From Naegleria gruberi (Eukaryota): a stretch of DNA of 64,000 nt. The notes beneath the pieces were generated by a model. That model saw only the letters and a program-made list of their open reading frames with translations. It was not told the origin of the DNA and did not search any database. The position numbers and the translations under genes were made by a program. Shown here piece by piece: positions 53,355 to 63,556 of the stretch; position 1 is the stretch's first letter, and each line of letters begins with the position of its first letter. The stretch lies in assembly GCA_000004985.1 (NCBI GenBank), contig GG738860.1, one strand, 5' to 3'.

Positions 53355-55484
53355 ATGTCTCGTTTATTTCCTCTGGTTTTGTTATTGGTTTTAGCCATTC
53401 AGCAGATTTATTGCTTTAGAATCATACCTCTCACCACTACATCACCATGTACTGAAATGCAAAAGGAAAGAGTCATTCTCTCCACAGATAGCATGATAGC
53501 ATTTTGTGTTAACAAACAAGGCTCTGAGTGTTCCACTATTAAATACCTGAATGGAAGAAAAGTGATGGTACACAGAGACCTCTCCGATTTGTTTCAATTT
53601 CAACTCGATAGGTACAATGAAATTCATCAGGAAACAATTATACCAATAGTGACACTTGTAACCTCAATCTATGTTGATGCCTTCTTTGGTCATCCAGCAC
53701 TTAATTTTGACAGTTTTGTTGTTCCTTTAAGTACACTCCAAGATGTTCTTCTTCGAATGCCCTCTTTGGAGAATAGTGAAAGACTACTTTTGTGGAGTGA
53801 CCTTAATTTCATTGATGAAATGAGCATGCCTATTCAAGTGGGCACTCTCAATGAAACTAGCAAGTTTGCACTAATTGAAGACACAATTTCTACTGAGTAT
53901 TTTGGGCCTCTTCTTGAAAAATCAAAAAGAAAAACCACAATTGGATATAGAACCTTCAATGAGTTGATACTTTCCAATAGATTTGGACTTGGAAAATTAG
54001 ATTTACTGAAACAAACATTTATCAAAAGATTATTCAATGGTTGTGATTTGAAAATTGAGGAAGTGGAAACGAGCAATTTCACAATTATCAAACAATTTGA
54101 ATCTGTGAAGAATCTCAGTATGAACAATTTAATTGACTTGAATGTATTGTATTGCTTTGAAAAGTCAACTCTTTCATTCTATTCATGCAATGACGGTGTA
54201 CCAGGTACAGTGATTGCCTATGAAATTGAGAAACTTCTCCAGATTACATTTGGATGTCTTCAGCTGTTACTATTGGCAGCAACATTTAACACCAAGTCAA
54301 TCAAGCGCAGACTTTTAGTACCTTATTTGATTCCTCTTTGTTTGATTGTGGCTAGTATATTCTTCTCGATTTTCATGCAACAAGTTTCCAATACATTGAG
54401 GTCTATAGTAACCATTGGAATTACTGCTTTTGTAATTGGGATTTATGGTTCCACTCTTGTTAGATTCTACTATTTAAGGTATTTGTATCGATTTCTTAGC
54501 AATTCAACTGATAAGCAAGTGAAAATTCACAGAATTTTGAGTTCTGAATGGTTTGGGGTTTTGGCAACATTAGTATGCGCCATTCTTCATGTACTCTTTT
54601 GGTTGGCAATCCTCATACCCTATGCAGTTGTTAATGTCTACGAAAGCAATGTATTATTTGGAGTGAATGTCATTTACCTACTGCAAGGAATCATTGGATG
54701 CATTTTGGGTATTGTTTTCATGAGTATTGATATTTTTAACAATCGAAAACTAATTAAGGAAAAGGGACTATTACACTTTTTCACATTTGAAGATCCTTAC
54801 TTCTTGAGATTGGACATCATTAGTTTTTTCATTATCCTTACAAGCCTAATTTTGATTATAATTTTCAACTTGATAGGTCAGGAATGGGCAGATTATTGTT
54901 TGGGCATATGTTCATTCATATCTTTTATTTTCATTTACTGTCTTGGAGGAATGACAGCCATCCTGATTGAATGCTGGAAATTCCTCAAAAGAAAGAGGCG
55001 GCCAATAGAATCTACCTCTCAAAAAATTCAAACAGATATTGAACTACATTTAAAGGATCAACACTTTGTTGAACTATTTAAAAGTTTCTGTGAAAAGGAA
55101 TTTTCACTGGAGAACTTTCTCCTTTACGAACACATTTCTCAACTAAGGACGAGTACTCTCTCTTCTTCAGATAATAGAAGCACCAATTCCATGAACTCAT
55201 CCTCACTAGATCGTTACATCTCAGCGGAGCAATTCTATCAGTTGTGGACTTTATTCTTCAAGCCATTAGCCAAGTATGAAGTTAATCTTCCAGGAAAAGT
55301 CAAGAAACAAATCGAAATAATTTACCACTCAAGAGATGGAACCCCACTAGAAACATTTGAGAATATCGTCCTGACCGAATTGTTATTCAATCTCAAAGAT
55401 ACCTATAGTCGACTTGTAGAGACGAGTGAATTTTCGAGATGGCAATTGGTAAATACCATTCAAACTCAACAGAATATCAAATAA
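53355..55484 (+). CDS. Receptor-like protein: signal peptide, about 250-aa ectodomain, seven predicted TM helices and a C-terminal RGS domain (709 aa)
   Basis: Signal peptide MSRLFPLVLLLVLAIQQIYC. Seven hydrophobic segments between residues about 290 and 560, e.g. LQLLLLAATF..., LIPLCLIVASIFFSIF, IVTIGITAFVIGIYG, VLATLVCAILHVLFWLAILIPY, VIYLLQGIIGCILGIVFMSI, IISFFIILTSLILIIIFNLIG, LGICSFISFIFIYCLGGMTAIL. RGS signature DQHFVELFKSFCEKEFSLENFLLYEHISQLR ... FYQLWTLFFKPLAKYEVNLPGKVKKQI. Confidence 0.7.
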   Translation: MSRLFPLVLLLVLAIQQIYCFRIIPLTTTSPCTEMQKERVILSTDSMIAFCVNKQGSECSTIKYLNGRKVMVHRDLSDLFQFQLDRYNEIHQETIIPIVTLVTSIYVDAFFGHPALNFDSFVVPLSTLQDVLLRMPSLENSERLLLWSDLNFIDEMSMPIQVGTLNETSKFALIEDTISTEYFGPLLEKSKRKTTIGYRTFNELILSNRFGLGKLDLLKQTFIKRLFNGCDLKIEEVETSNFTIIKQFESVKNLSMNNLIDLNVLYCFEKSTLSFYSCNDGVPGTVIAYEIEKLLQITFGCLQLLLLAATFNTKSIKRRLLVPYLIPLCLIVASIFFSIFMQQVSNTLRSIVTIGITAFVIGIYGSTLVRFYYLRYLYRFLSNSTDKQVKIHRILSSEWFGVLATLVCAILHVLFWLAILIPYAVVNVYESNVLFGVNVIYLLQGIIGCILGIVFMSIDIFNNRKLIKEKGLLHFFTFEDPYFLRLDIISFFIILTSLILIIIFNLIGQEWADYCLGICSFISFIFIYCLGGMTAILIECWKFLKRKRRPIESTSQKIQTDIELHLKDQHFVELFKSFCEKEFSLENFLLYEHISQLRTSTLSSSDNRSTNSMNSSSLDRYISAEQFYQLWTLFFKPLAKYEVNLPGKVKKQIEIIYHSRDGTPLETFENIVLTELLFNLKDTYSRLVETSEFSRWQLVNTIQTQQNIK

Positions 55485-55572
55485 AATGTCCTTATTACTC
55501 CTATCCCAACACTCCATCATGAATTTTCACACAAACTTTCACACTGTTAAATAAAATTCCATTACAAAAAAA

Positions 55573-56700
55573 ATGAGCGATAAAGAATCCACACCAAGTC
55601 CATCACCATTATCATCAAATAATTCTCCACCTGTTGCCACAACAACTACCACAACAACAACATTACCAAGTGGTCCTAAACAAGATAATACCAAGAGTTT
55701 TCTTGTCCAATCATCACCACTTGTTTCCTTCATATCGGGAGCAGTTTATGGATGTACCTCCATTGCTGTAGGACAACCTCTCGATACAATTAAAACACTC
55801 ATGCAATCTAGTGCTACTATTAATCAAAATAATGCAACAACATTGGGTGTGATTAAATCAATTTATAAGAAGAATGGTTTTATGGGATTTTATCGTGGAT
55901 CTCTTCCACCTTTGTTTACTGCTTCAGTGTTGAGAAGTTTGCAATTTGGTGGATATGCAATGGCATTACAATATATTATGGAAAATAATGTGTTTTCTGA
56001 TAAGGATTTCAGAAAGGAAAATTTACATGTTTTGGAGGAGAAACCATTTAGTTTGCATCCTGAAATGTTTGCTGCTGGCTGTTTTGGAGGTGCTGCTAGA
56101 GCCATTGTTGGTATGTTTCAATTTTCATGGTCATGTGTTTATTAATAATATTCGAATTATTTCCAAAACATTTTAATAGAAACCCCTGTCGAATATATGA
56201 AAGTCAGATTCCAAACTGAACAACCTTGGAAATTTACTGAATTATATCGTGGATTTACTGCAACACTGTTACGTAACATGTTCCTTTTGGGCAGTTTCTT
56301 TGTTTTTGTTGACTTTTTCACTCAAGAATATAGAAATTTACAAGTGAGACAACATTTGAAATCTCTTGCATCTGATGAAGAAAGAGAAAAGAGCAGAGGT
56401 CAATATTTCGATTTTGCAAAATTGAGTCCATTCTTTACAGGTGGTGTTTGTGCAACTTTGGCTTGGTGGTTAGTTTTCCCATTGGATGTTATTAAGAGTC
56501 AAATTCAAGCTATGAAACCTGATGAACAATTGGGCCTTATGCAAAGAATGAAACATGTTTCAAACACTTTGGGCTTCAGAGGATTTTTCAGAGGAATTGT
56601 ACCTGCTAGTGCTAGATCCATGTTGGCAAATGGTGTTTCAATGATTGCCTTTGCTTATGTTTCATCTCATCTCATTCAAAAATTGGAAAAGAAGGAATAA
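55573..56700 (+). CDS. Mitochondrial carrier family (SLC25) protein; 2 exons
   Basis: Exon 1 55573..56110 (...GAARAIV + g | GTATGT), 69-nt intron, exon 2 56180..56700. Three carrier repeats with signatures PLDTIKTLMQ, PVEYMKVRFQ and PLDVIKSQIQ. The N-terminal extension is Thr/Ser-rich. Confidence 0.85.
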
Positions 56701-56737
56701 ATTTATTCCCAATAAGTCATAAAAGAATGAATTGAAA

Positions 56738-59700
56738 TTACTGTTTGAGTTTCTTTTGAGCTGGCTGTTGTTCAAGTGTTTGCTGACAAGTACTGGAAGA
56801 ACGTTTTGTAATCTTTTGCCATTTTCTTGAAACATGATCCATGCAAAAGTATATTGTTACAATTTCATCATTGAGCTCTTCTGAGTGAATTACATATTGT
56901 TCCTGGCAGTTTCGATTTTCTCCCATGAAAAATGTAAATATCTGTTTTCTTGTTTCCTGTGTGATTTGATTGCATCCCCTTAATAAATTATCCAGATAGT
57001 TGTTGACACGAGAATAATTTTCAGTATAATCATTTGTTAATACCAATTGAGGAGGTTGATAGGTTGAAAGTGAGGCTTGTTGTAAAGTTATTTGTTGCTG
57101 AAGTGAGTTAAGATATTTCAATACCTTTTGAACGTGAGATAAATTCTTCTTTAGTTCATTTTGAGGAGAGCTAATCTTGGTGATGGTTATTTTTCTATAT
57201 TCCTTTCTAATATCAAGGAAAGAAGGGTTACAGAGCTTTTCAATATTCGAAATAACATGATCTCTCTGACCTTGTGTGTTTCTCATTTCAAAAGTTACTC
57301 TATTGGGATCTAACAAGTAGGTTCTCACAGACTCACAGGTGCTACACGGACTAGAACCGACAAACATTCCAGAATTCCTACAATTTGATTTTAAAGGTTC
57401 TATTTTCCAACTCCATGGCAACTGTTGGATATTTTGAATGTGAGTCGATACTATTCCTAATGCACCAGTTATGAGTAATGATAAAGAAGACCCATTCAAT
57501 AGAGAAGCTCTAAAATTACTAGTTTCCAACCATTTAAGTAGTGGAATGAGCACAGATTCCACTCTATCAAATGTGTCGCATCTATTCAATATACTTGAGA
57601 CTATTATGTTAAAATTATCAGGAATACACTCTCTACAAAACATGTATATAAATGAAATGCACATATTTGATGTTAGCTGTGGTTGAGAGGTAAATTCCAT
57701 CCAAATTGAATTTCTCAAAATATCATATGCATATTTGCATTCCTCATTTGTGAAATTGTTTTCACAATAGGTTGCAATGACCATAGCTTGCTCATAAAAC
57801 TTGTTGGTGAGCTCAGGAAGGCACACTTGCATCTTTTCTTGTAATAATTGCTTATTCACTTTTGAGGAGTTCTCAAAGAATATTCCATAACAATTAGTAA
57901 AACACGAAATATTATCCAATAATGATAGTAAAACATCTTCCAAATGTAGAGTATTGTGCAGTGAACAATAAGGAAGTAATAATTGAAAAACTGTCGCATC
58001 TGCCCTTTTCAAAATTGCTGAAATGGCATTTTCTGTGAATGGCATTTGTCTTTCAATCATGTATCTCAAAATGGTGTGAAGATAAGTATTAGGGAGGTGT
58101 TGAGTGGCCAATCTTTCAAAAATCTTATCAAAGAACTCTTTGATAAAAACATTTCCATTAACATCCTTGGAGAATTCATTGATAACAAACTGAACGTGGT
58201 CTATTCTGTCCTGTATTGTAGACTGGAACGCTTTTTGGACGAACTTTTCAATAAATTGATCCTTCAATTGGTTCATTGGGAAGATTCCAACAATGGCACT
58301 CCAACCAAAATCAGATAAACTTGGATGAGCATCAAGATAACATTTCAAAACCTCATAATTTCGAAGTTGAATTATATTCCTAACCATTAAATCTTCTGAA
58401 AGCTTATTTGCACATTTAGGTATAAATTGCAAAAGTTGAGTGAGTGCATTAGGTTTCAGACTTGTTGCTTCCATAAATAATTGTTGGCAAATGTAATCCA
58501 CATCCTGGGTGTGAGCGTAATTGTTGAAGAGGGATGTAGCAAACCTCCTAGAAACAATAACTATGCATCCGTTTCTATACCACTTATCTAAATTGGTTCC
58601 CTCATTACCTGTGTGCTCAATTCGAGAATTTGCAAAGTGTTGATCCTCGAGTCTTTCGTATGGAATTATATTAGAAAGCATCATATTTGATGGCAAACTG
58701 GAAAATGAAGACCCACTAGTTGTTTTCACATTTTTCAAGTTATATCGAACAGTTGGTTCACATATTAGATCACTTCTGACCTCTATTTCTGTCTCAGAAT
58801 CAGAACCACAATCATCACCATCTCCATAATAATCATAGTGATCTCCATCCAATTGTCCACTAACTTCTTTTTCAAATATTCCAATAAATAAATGGAATAA
58901 TAAATGTTCTTGATTGAGTTCAGATAAGAATGTGTACAGCATTTGATCTTTCCCTTTCAGATTCGAAGCTGATAAACCTTCCATAGTATATTTGTGTTCT
59001 AGTAACCAAACAATGAAGGGAGGTTCGGTTTTTTCCCATCTTTCAGATAGGTTTATGAATGATTTCTCCAATTTACTCCTCATATTAAATGAGGGGATGG
59101 AATCCAAAGCCCCATTATAACAAACATTATAAATTAGACATAATCTGTATCCACTCGAAACTCTATTCACCTTATGTTCACAATCACAGAAAAATCCAGT
59201 GTATGAAACCTTATAACTTGAATTCTTTGAAAAATCATAGATTTTTTCATTCCCAGAATGTTTTACAATTAGCTCTCCACCAGAATACACTGAAGGAAGA
59301 TGAATTACCAAAGTTGCAAACATACCACTCTCCTTCTCTGTATCTCTGTGATAATCAAAGTGTCCATCAGTTTCATAGAGAAGCAGTTTGTAAAGACTAT
59401 GAGTAATTCGTTTGTGTTTTGGAATACCAAGTCCATTTCGTAACTCATTTTCAACAATATTTCCCACAAAACCATTCCATTTAGGATTAGAAATAATGAA
59501 TTGGGATGGCTCAAGTTGCCAACTTTTTCTCACAGTTTCATCAATAAGTGTCAGCTCTCCCTTCCCATAAGGTGCCTTTGATGCCACTGAAATGATGTCT
59601 TGAGCTTGATTTAAATTAGTAATAGGGAGAGAGCAATGTTTCAATTCAACAGTTGCTCCACTTTCATTGGATGGTACACAAATTTGTAATCCAGGAAGTC

Positions 59701-60154
59701 CTGGAATATTCTCAACTTCGCCTCCACATGAAAATTCTCCAACACATACATCTGTTTCTGAGCTAGTCAATAAATCAGCCATTTCCTTTGTTGTTTCTGA
59801 ATATCCAATAACCAACTCATCAGGAAGTATCAATGAGTGGCGTTGATATGGTATCGTGAACATAATTGGACTTGTGGGTTTAGGCCTATGAGAATTATCA
59901 AACACAAATGATGACTCAAAAGATTCAGACATTATATTCGGAAGAGGAAATTCCATTGGTTTGAGGGTAATCAGGTTGAAGGTGTTCGTAGATGATGACC
60001 CCTGACTATTATGACTAATTAAATTGTTCAATAATTGTGATGTTGAGAGAATGTCATTGGTACTACTACCAATAGTACTACTAATACCATCACCAGAATT
60101 AATGGTAGTTATATTAGGAGTAGTGGTATTTCCGAGTAGGTTATTAAATTGCAT
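56738..60154 (-). CDS. Large (1138 aa) protein containing a 2-oxoglutarate/Fe(II)-dependent oxygenase (prolyl-hydroxylase-like) domain near residues about 240-340; remainder unknown
   Basis: ...ITHSLYKLLLYETDGHFDYHRDTEKESGMFATLVIHLPSVYSGGELIVKHSG...YTGFFCDCEHKVNRVSSGYRLCLIYNV carries the H-x-D ... H facial triad and the R-x-S 2OG-binding motif in the order typical of P4H/EGLN/Ofd-type dioxygenases. Intronless. Its stop codon is 37 nt from the stop of the convergent mitochondrial carrier gene. Confidence 0.7.
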   Translation of the reverse strand: MQFNNLLGNTTTPNITTINSGDGISSTIGSSTNDILSTSQLLNNLISHNSQGSSSTNTFNLITLKPMEFPLPNIMSESFESSFVFDNSHRPKPTSPIMFTIPYQRHSLILPDELVIGYSETTKEMADLLTSSETDVCVGEFSCGGEVENIPGLPGLQICVPSNESGATVELKHCSLPITNLNQAQDIISVASKAPYGKGELTLIDETVRKSWQLEPSQFIISNPKWNGFVGNIVENELRNGLGIPKHKRITHSLYKLLLYETDGHFDYHRDTEKESGMFATLVIHLPSVYSGGELIVKHSGNEKIYDFSKNSSYKVSYTGFFCDCEHKVNRVSSGYRLCLIYNVCYNGALDSIPSFNMRSKLEKSFINLSERWEKTEPPFIVWLLEHKYTMEGLSASNLKGKDQMLYTFLSELNQEHLLFHLFIGIFEKEVSGQLDGDHYDYYGDGDDCGSDSETEIEVRSDLICEPTVRYNLKNVKTTSGSSFSSLPSNMMLSNIIPYERLEDQHFANSRIEHTGNEGTNLDKWYRNGCIVIVSRRFATSLFNNYAHTQDVDYICQQLFMEATSLKPNALTQLLQFIPKCANKLSEDLMVRNIIQLRNYEVLKCYLDAHPSLSDFGWSAIVGIFPMNQLKDQFIEKFVQKAFQSTIQDRIDHVQFVINEFSKDVNGNVFIKEFFDKIFERLATQHLPNTYLHTILRYMIERQMPFTENAISAILKRADATVFQLLLPYCSLHNTLHLEDVLLSLLDNISCFTNCYGIFFENSSKVNKQLLQEKMQVCLPELTNKFYEQAMVIATYCENNFTNEECKYAYDILRNSIWMEFTSQPQLTSNMCISFIYMFCRECIPDNFNIIVSSILNRCDTFDRVESVLIPLLKWLETSNFRASLLNGSSLSLLITGALGIVSTHIQNIQQLPWSWKIEPLKSNCRNSGMFVGSSPCSTCESVRTYLLDPNRVTFEMRNTQGQRDHVISNIEKLCNPSFLDIRKEYRKITITKISSPQNELKKNLSHVQKVLKYLNSLQQQITLQQASLSTYQPPQLVLTNDYTENYSRVNNYLDNLLRGCNQITQETRKQIFTFFMGENRNCQEQYVIHSEELNDEIVTIYFCMDHVSRKWQKITKRSSSTCQQTLEQQPAQKKLKQ

Positions 60155-60537
60155 AATTAATAATTAAATTATTAAATAATATTAAATCATTGGATTATGT
60201 TCTAATTTCGGAACAGTTTTTCAAATTAATTGTGTTTATAAATCATCCAATTATAATTTATTCCTCAAGAGTTTTGCTCACACCAAGAGAGAGTGCAAAC
60301 AAGAGCTATTAGTTGAATTTTTTTTGTCAAAACTATTCCACCAAATATTCGAATTTGCAAATGAAAGCCCATTTACTTCTAAAACGAGAAAAATTATGTG
60401 TGCTATCTCATCATCCCATACAGTACTTTCCCAAAATAACAACTTTCCAAATTTAATCAATTTTTAAAAAATCAAAAAAAAACTCCTCAATATAAATTCA
60501 AATCATCTCACACACAAGTGAAAAACTCTAAAGAAAA

Positions 60538-61290
60538 ATGGCCTGGAGATGTTCTGGACAAAGTAATGCCGAACTGATTGCCAATCTGTTTAAATCCAAT
60601 ATCATTTCAAGTAATAGTGTCTCGAGGGCAATGTCTCGTACCGATCGTGCACTGTTTTGCAGGAGTGATCATCGAGATTATGCCTACTTGGATCAACCTC
60701 TTCCGATCGGAAATGATGTGACAATATCTGCTCCTCATATGCATGCCTATTGTTTGGAATTGTTGGAAGATCATTTGAAACCAGGAAATAGAGCAATGGA
60801 TGTTGGAAGTGGTAGTGGCTATCTTGTTGCTACTATGGCTGAAATGATGGCTCCACAAGTTGAACATGTGGTTGAAGGAACTAAAATTGTTGGCATTGAA
60901 TATTTGCAATCAATCTATTTATTTGGAAAGGAAAATATTGAAAAGGTTTGTTTGGTAATTATTTTGAATTTTGTAAATTAATTTTGAAAACAGTATCAAA
61001 AAACAAAGGATTTAATGAATCAAGGTATTATTGAAATGATTAAAGGAGATGGATGGAAAGGCTATGCTCAAGGAGGTCCATATCATGCTATTCATGTTGG
61101 AGCAGCTGCATCCACACTTCCTCATGCACTTGTTGAGCAATTGGCAAATGGTGGCAGATTGATCATTCCTGTTGGTGATATAGATCAACACTTGATGGTA
61201 ATTGATAAGGATATCAATGGCAAAGTCACCCAAAAGAAAGTAATGGGAGTGAGATATGTTCCTCTTGTCAACCCAACAAATTGTAAATAA
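60538..61290 (+). CDS. Protein-L-isoaspartate (D-aspartate) O-methyltransferase (PIMT/PCMT); 2 exons
   Basis: Exon 1 60538..60945 (...AYLDQPLPIGNDVTISAPHMHAYCLELL...AMDVGSGSGYLVATMA...ENIEK | GTTTGT), 48-nt intron, exon 2 60994..61290 (...GDGWKGYAQGGPYHAIHVGAAASTLPHALVEQLANGGRLIIPVG...). SAM-binding motifs I, II and III are all present. Confidence 0.9.
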
Positions 61291-61339
61291 TTGTAAAATA
61301 TTTGTACAAAATTAAAATAATTTATAATAAATTAAAGTG

Positions 61340-63556
61340 TTATCTTCTTGGTGTTAAATCACTTAGAGCACGAGCAACAAGTGAATTTCTATTTTTACCA
61401 TAAAGAGGATGGTTTTTCATGAGTAGTAATTGTTCCAAACGTTTCACTATCGTTTCAGCCTCTATGGTTGTCCTAGCTTCATAAAATAGGTTCTCATCAT
61501 CGAATGACAAAACAAAACACTTTGGATTAGTTGAATCACATTCAATTGAACGTAAAGTGGTAATTGGTCTTGTTGGGTGTTTTGTTTTAGATGAATTCAT
61601 CCAACGAGAAGTATTGGCTGGCTTTGAATTATAAATAAATTCTGAATCAAAACTGAGAATTCTCTCTTGTCTGACTCCAAACTTATTTGTCTTGGTAACA
61701 TGGAAAACGTTATCAGTATTATCATAAGTCATGAATGGAAGGGCGTATATTTGTTTTGAAGGTGACCCAATCATATTGGGAGCGGTTGGAGATCCAGATA
61801 TTTCACCTTTAGGTGTTGATTGATCTGTATCAGACTCGTATGCTGCTGTTCTTACAAGAACAACTCTTTCAATCATTGATCCTAAAGAATAAAGTGTCTT
61901 GTCTTTGTAATTTTTGCTAATTTCTTTCAGATTCTTGTCTTTTCCAATAGTATTGATCATGTATTTTTTAGGATCCAAAGAAAAACGTTGACAAAGTACT
62001 TTCTGTAAATCTTTGAGTAATAATTCTGGAGATACTGGAACAAGTTTGAAATAAGTGAGTTGGTAATTTCTGGAATTAATTGGGGATGTGAATGAATTGG
62101 TATTTGGAATGATGGTTGGTGTAGAACATGAATTTTTTGGTGGTGGAAGGAAAACTTGAAGTCTAATATCTTCTAAATTGAATTTTGTAAAAACTTCATC
62201 TCCTCCAAACTTGATATTTAACTCTCTCCTATTTTTAAGATTGGAAGATGAATCATCTTCAGCTCCACTATTTCCACTGGACATTGGTTGAAAATTCCTA
62301 TCAAGTACAAGTGTTAATTTTACATTACCCAACTGTTCAATCATTGTCTTTTCCTTGTTGAGTGGAGGCCAACTTGTATCAGGTTGACCATCTTCTTCTG
62401 CAACTCGTAATTGATAAGCTCTATCGTCAATAGCAATAGGTTCTAGATCAGTTTCTCTTTTATACAGTTCCAGTGCTTTACGAATCAAATCTGTGGCAGT
62501 AAAGTTTAGAGATGTCATTGAACTCACAGTTGGAATGGGCACATTAACTTTGTGAACACCTCCTCGTTTGTGTGGCACAAATGTAGCAATATATCGAACA
62601 GATTGATTTGCTTGTTTAAAATTACTTGAATTATCATGTAAAAGACTACCTCCAATAGCAGGATTTCTTCTTGGTCTCAAATCCATCGACAAGGATGAAT
62701 CTACTGTCGTTTTTGTTGGTATCATCTTGTTAACACCACCAAGTGTAACTTTTTGAAAGATGGAATCTTGTACAGGTGGGTTGACTGGTTGTTGATTTGA
62801 AGAAGTATTTGATTGTTCTACCTGTCTTGTATCTTGCTCGGGTGTTATTGGATTATTTTCCTCTTCACTAACACCATCATCACCTTGATCTCCATTATTT
62901 CTTCTTGGTGTTGTTGTGCCATTGCGAGGAGTTGTTGCTCCTCTTGGTGTTGTTACATTGCCTCGAGGAGTTGTGTTACTTGATGAATTCATTGCTGGCA
63001 TGTTTTGAAGAGGAAGTTGGAGATTAAATTTACCAGGTGATGCAACACCATTCTGTTTTTGTTGTTGTTCTACATGTCTTTTGTGTTCAATAAATAATAA
63101 TTCATAATCTTTTAGATCAAAAGTATCGGGTGGTGTAAATGATGTTGATAATCCTGTATTTCTATTATATCCTCCTTGTTGTTGGGCGCCATATGGATCA
63201 TGATCTGCTCCTGTTGTTGTACTGGAGAAACTTCTTGTTCGAAAGTGTCCAGGATTATTTGAAGATGCTGATCGTTGAATGAGAGGTTGATTGGCTCCAT
63301 TTGTATTGGTTCTTACGAGAGGAAATTGTGCTCCATTTCTTGGTGGTGGTTGAGGAGGTTGAAAAGATGGATTTGTTGTTGTTGATGTAGATTGTATTTT
63401 GAAGGAAGAACTCGTTGATTTTAAAGTACTATTCATCAAACTGTTACCATTACTCACTCCACCCGAAGAGTTATTGTTCAGTAACATTTGATCGTGTATT
63501 CGAGGAAGTGTTGTCCTCTTTGTCTCCTTGAAGTTTGGCTTTTTAAAGTGGAGCAT
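61340..63556 (-). CDS. SIN1 / AVO1 / RIP3-like TORC2 subunit (CRIM domain + central Ras-binding-like region + C-terminal PH-like domain), 738 aa
   Basis: CRIM-like block RYIATFVPHKRGGVHKVNVPIPTVSSMTSLNFTATDLIRKALELYKRE...YQLRVAEEDGQPDTSWPPLNKEKTMIEQLGNVKLTLVL. C-terminal PH-like ...NVFHVTKTNKFGVRQERILSFDSEFIYN...CFVLSFDDENLFYEARTTIEAETIVKRLEQLL. The N-terminal 280 aa are S/T/N/P-rich low complexity. Confidence 0.55.
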   Translation of the reverse strand: MLHFKKPNFKETKRTTLPRIHDQMLLNNNSSGGVSNGNSLMNSTLKSTSSSFKIQSTSTTTNPSFQPPQPPPRNGAQFPLVRTNTNGANQPLIQRSASSNNPGHFRTRSFSSTTTGADHDPYGAQQQGGYNRNTGLSTSFTPPDTFDLKDYELLFIEHKRHVEQQQKQNGVASPGKFNLQLPLQNMPAMNSSSNTTPRGNVTTPRGATTPRNGTTTPRRNNGDQGDDGVSEEENNPITPEQDTRQVEQSNTSSNQQPVNPPVQDSIFQKVTLGGVNKMIPTKTTVDSSLSMDLRPRRNPAIGGSLLHDNSSNFKQANQSVRYIATFVPHKRGGVHKVNVPIPTVSSMTSLNFTATDLIRKALELYKRETDLEPIAIDDRAYQLRVAEEDGQPDTSWPPLNKEKTMIEQLGNVKLTLVLDRNFQPMSSGNSGAEDDSSSNLKNRRELNIKFGGDEVFTKFNLEDIRLQVFLPPPKNSCSTPTIIPNTNSFTSPINSRNYQLTYFKLVPVSPELLLKDLQKVLCQRFSLDPKKYMINTIGKDKNLKEISKNYKDKTLYSLGSMIERVVLVRTAAYESDTDQSTPKGEISGSPTAPNMIGSPSKQIYALPFMTYDNTDNVFHVTKTNKFGVRQERILSFDSEFIYNSKPANTSRWMNSSKTKHPTRPITTLRSIECDSTNPKCFVLSFDDENLFYEARTTIEAETIVKRLEQLLLMKNHPLYGKNRNSLVARALSDLTPRR

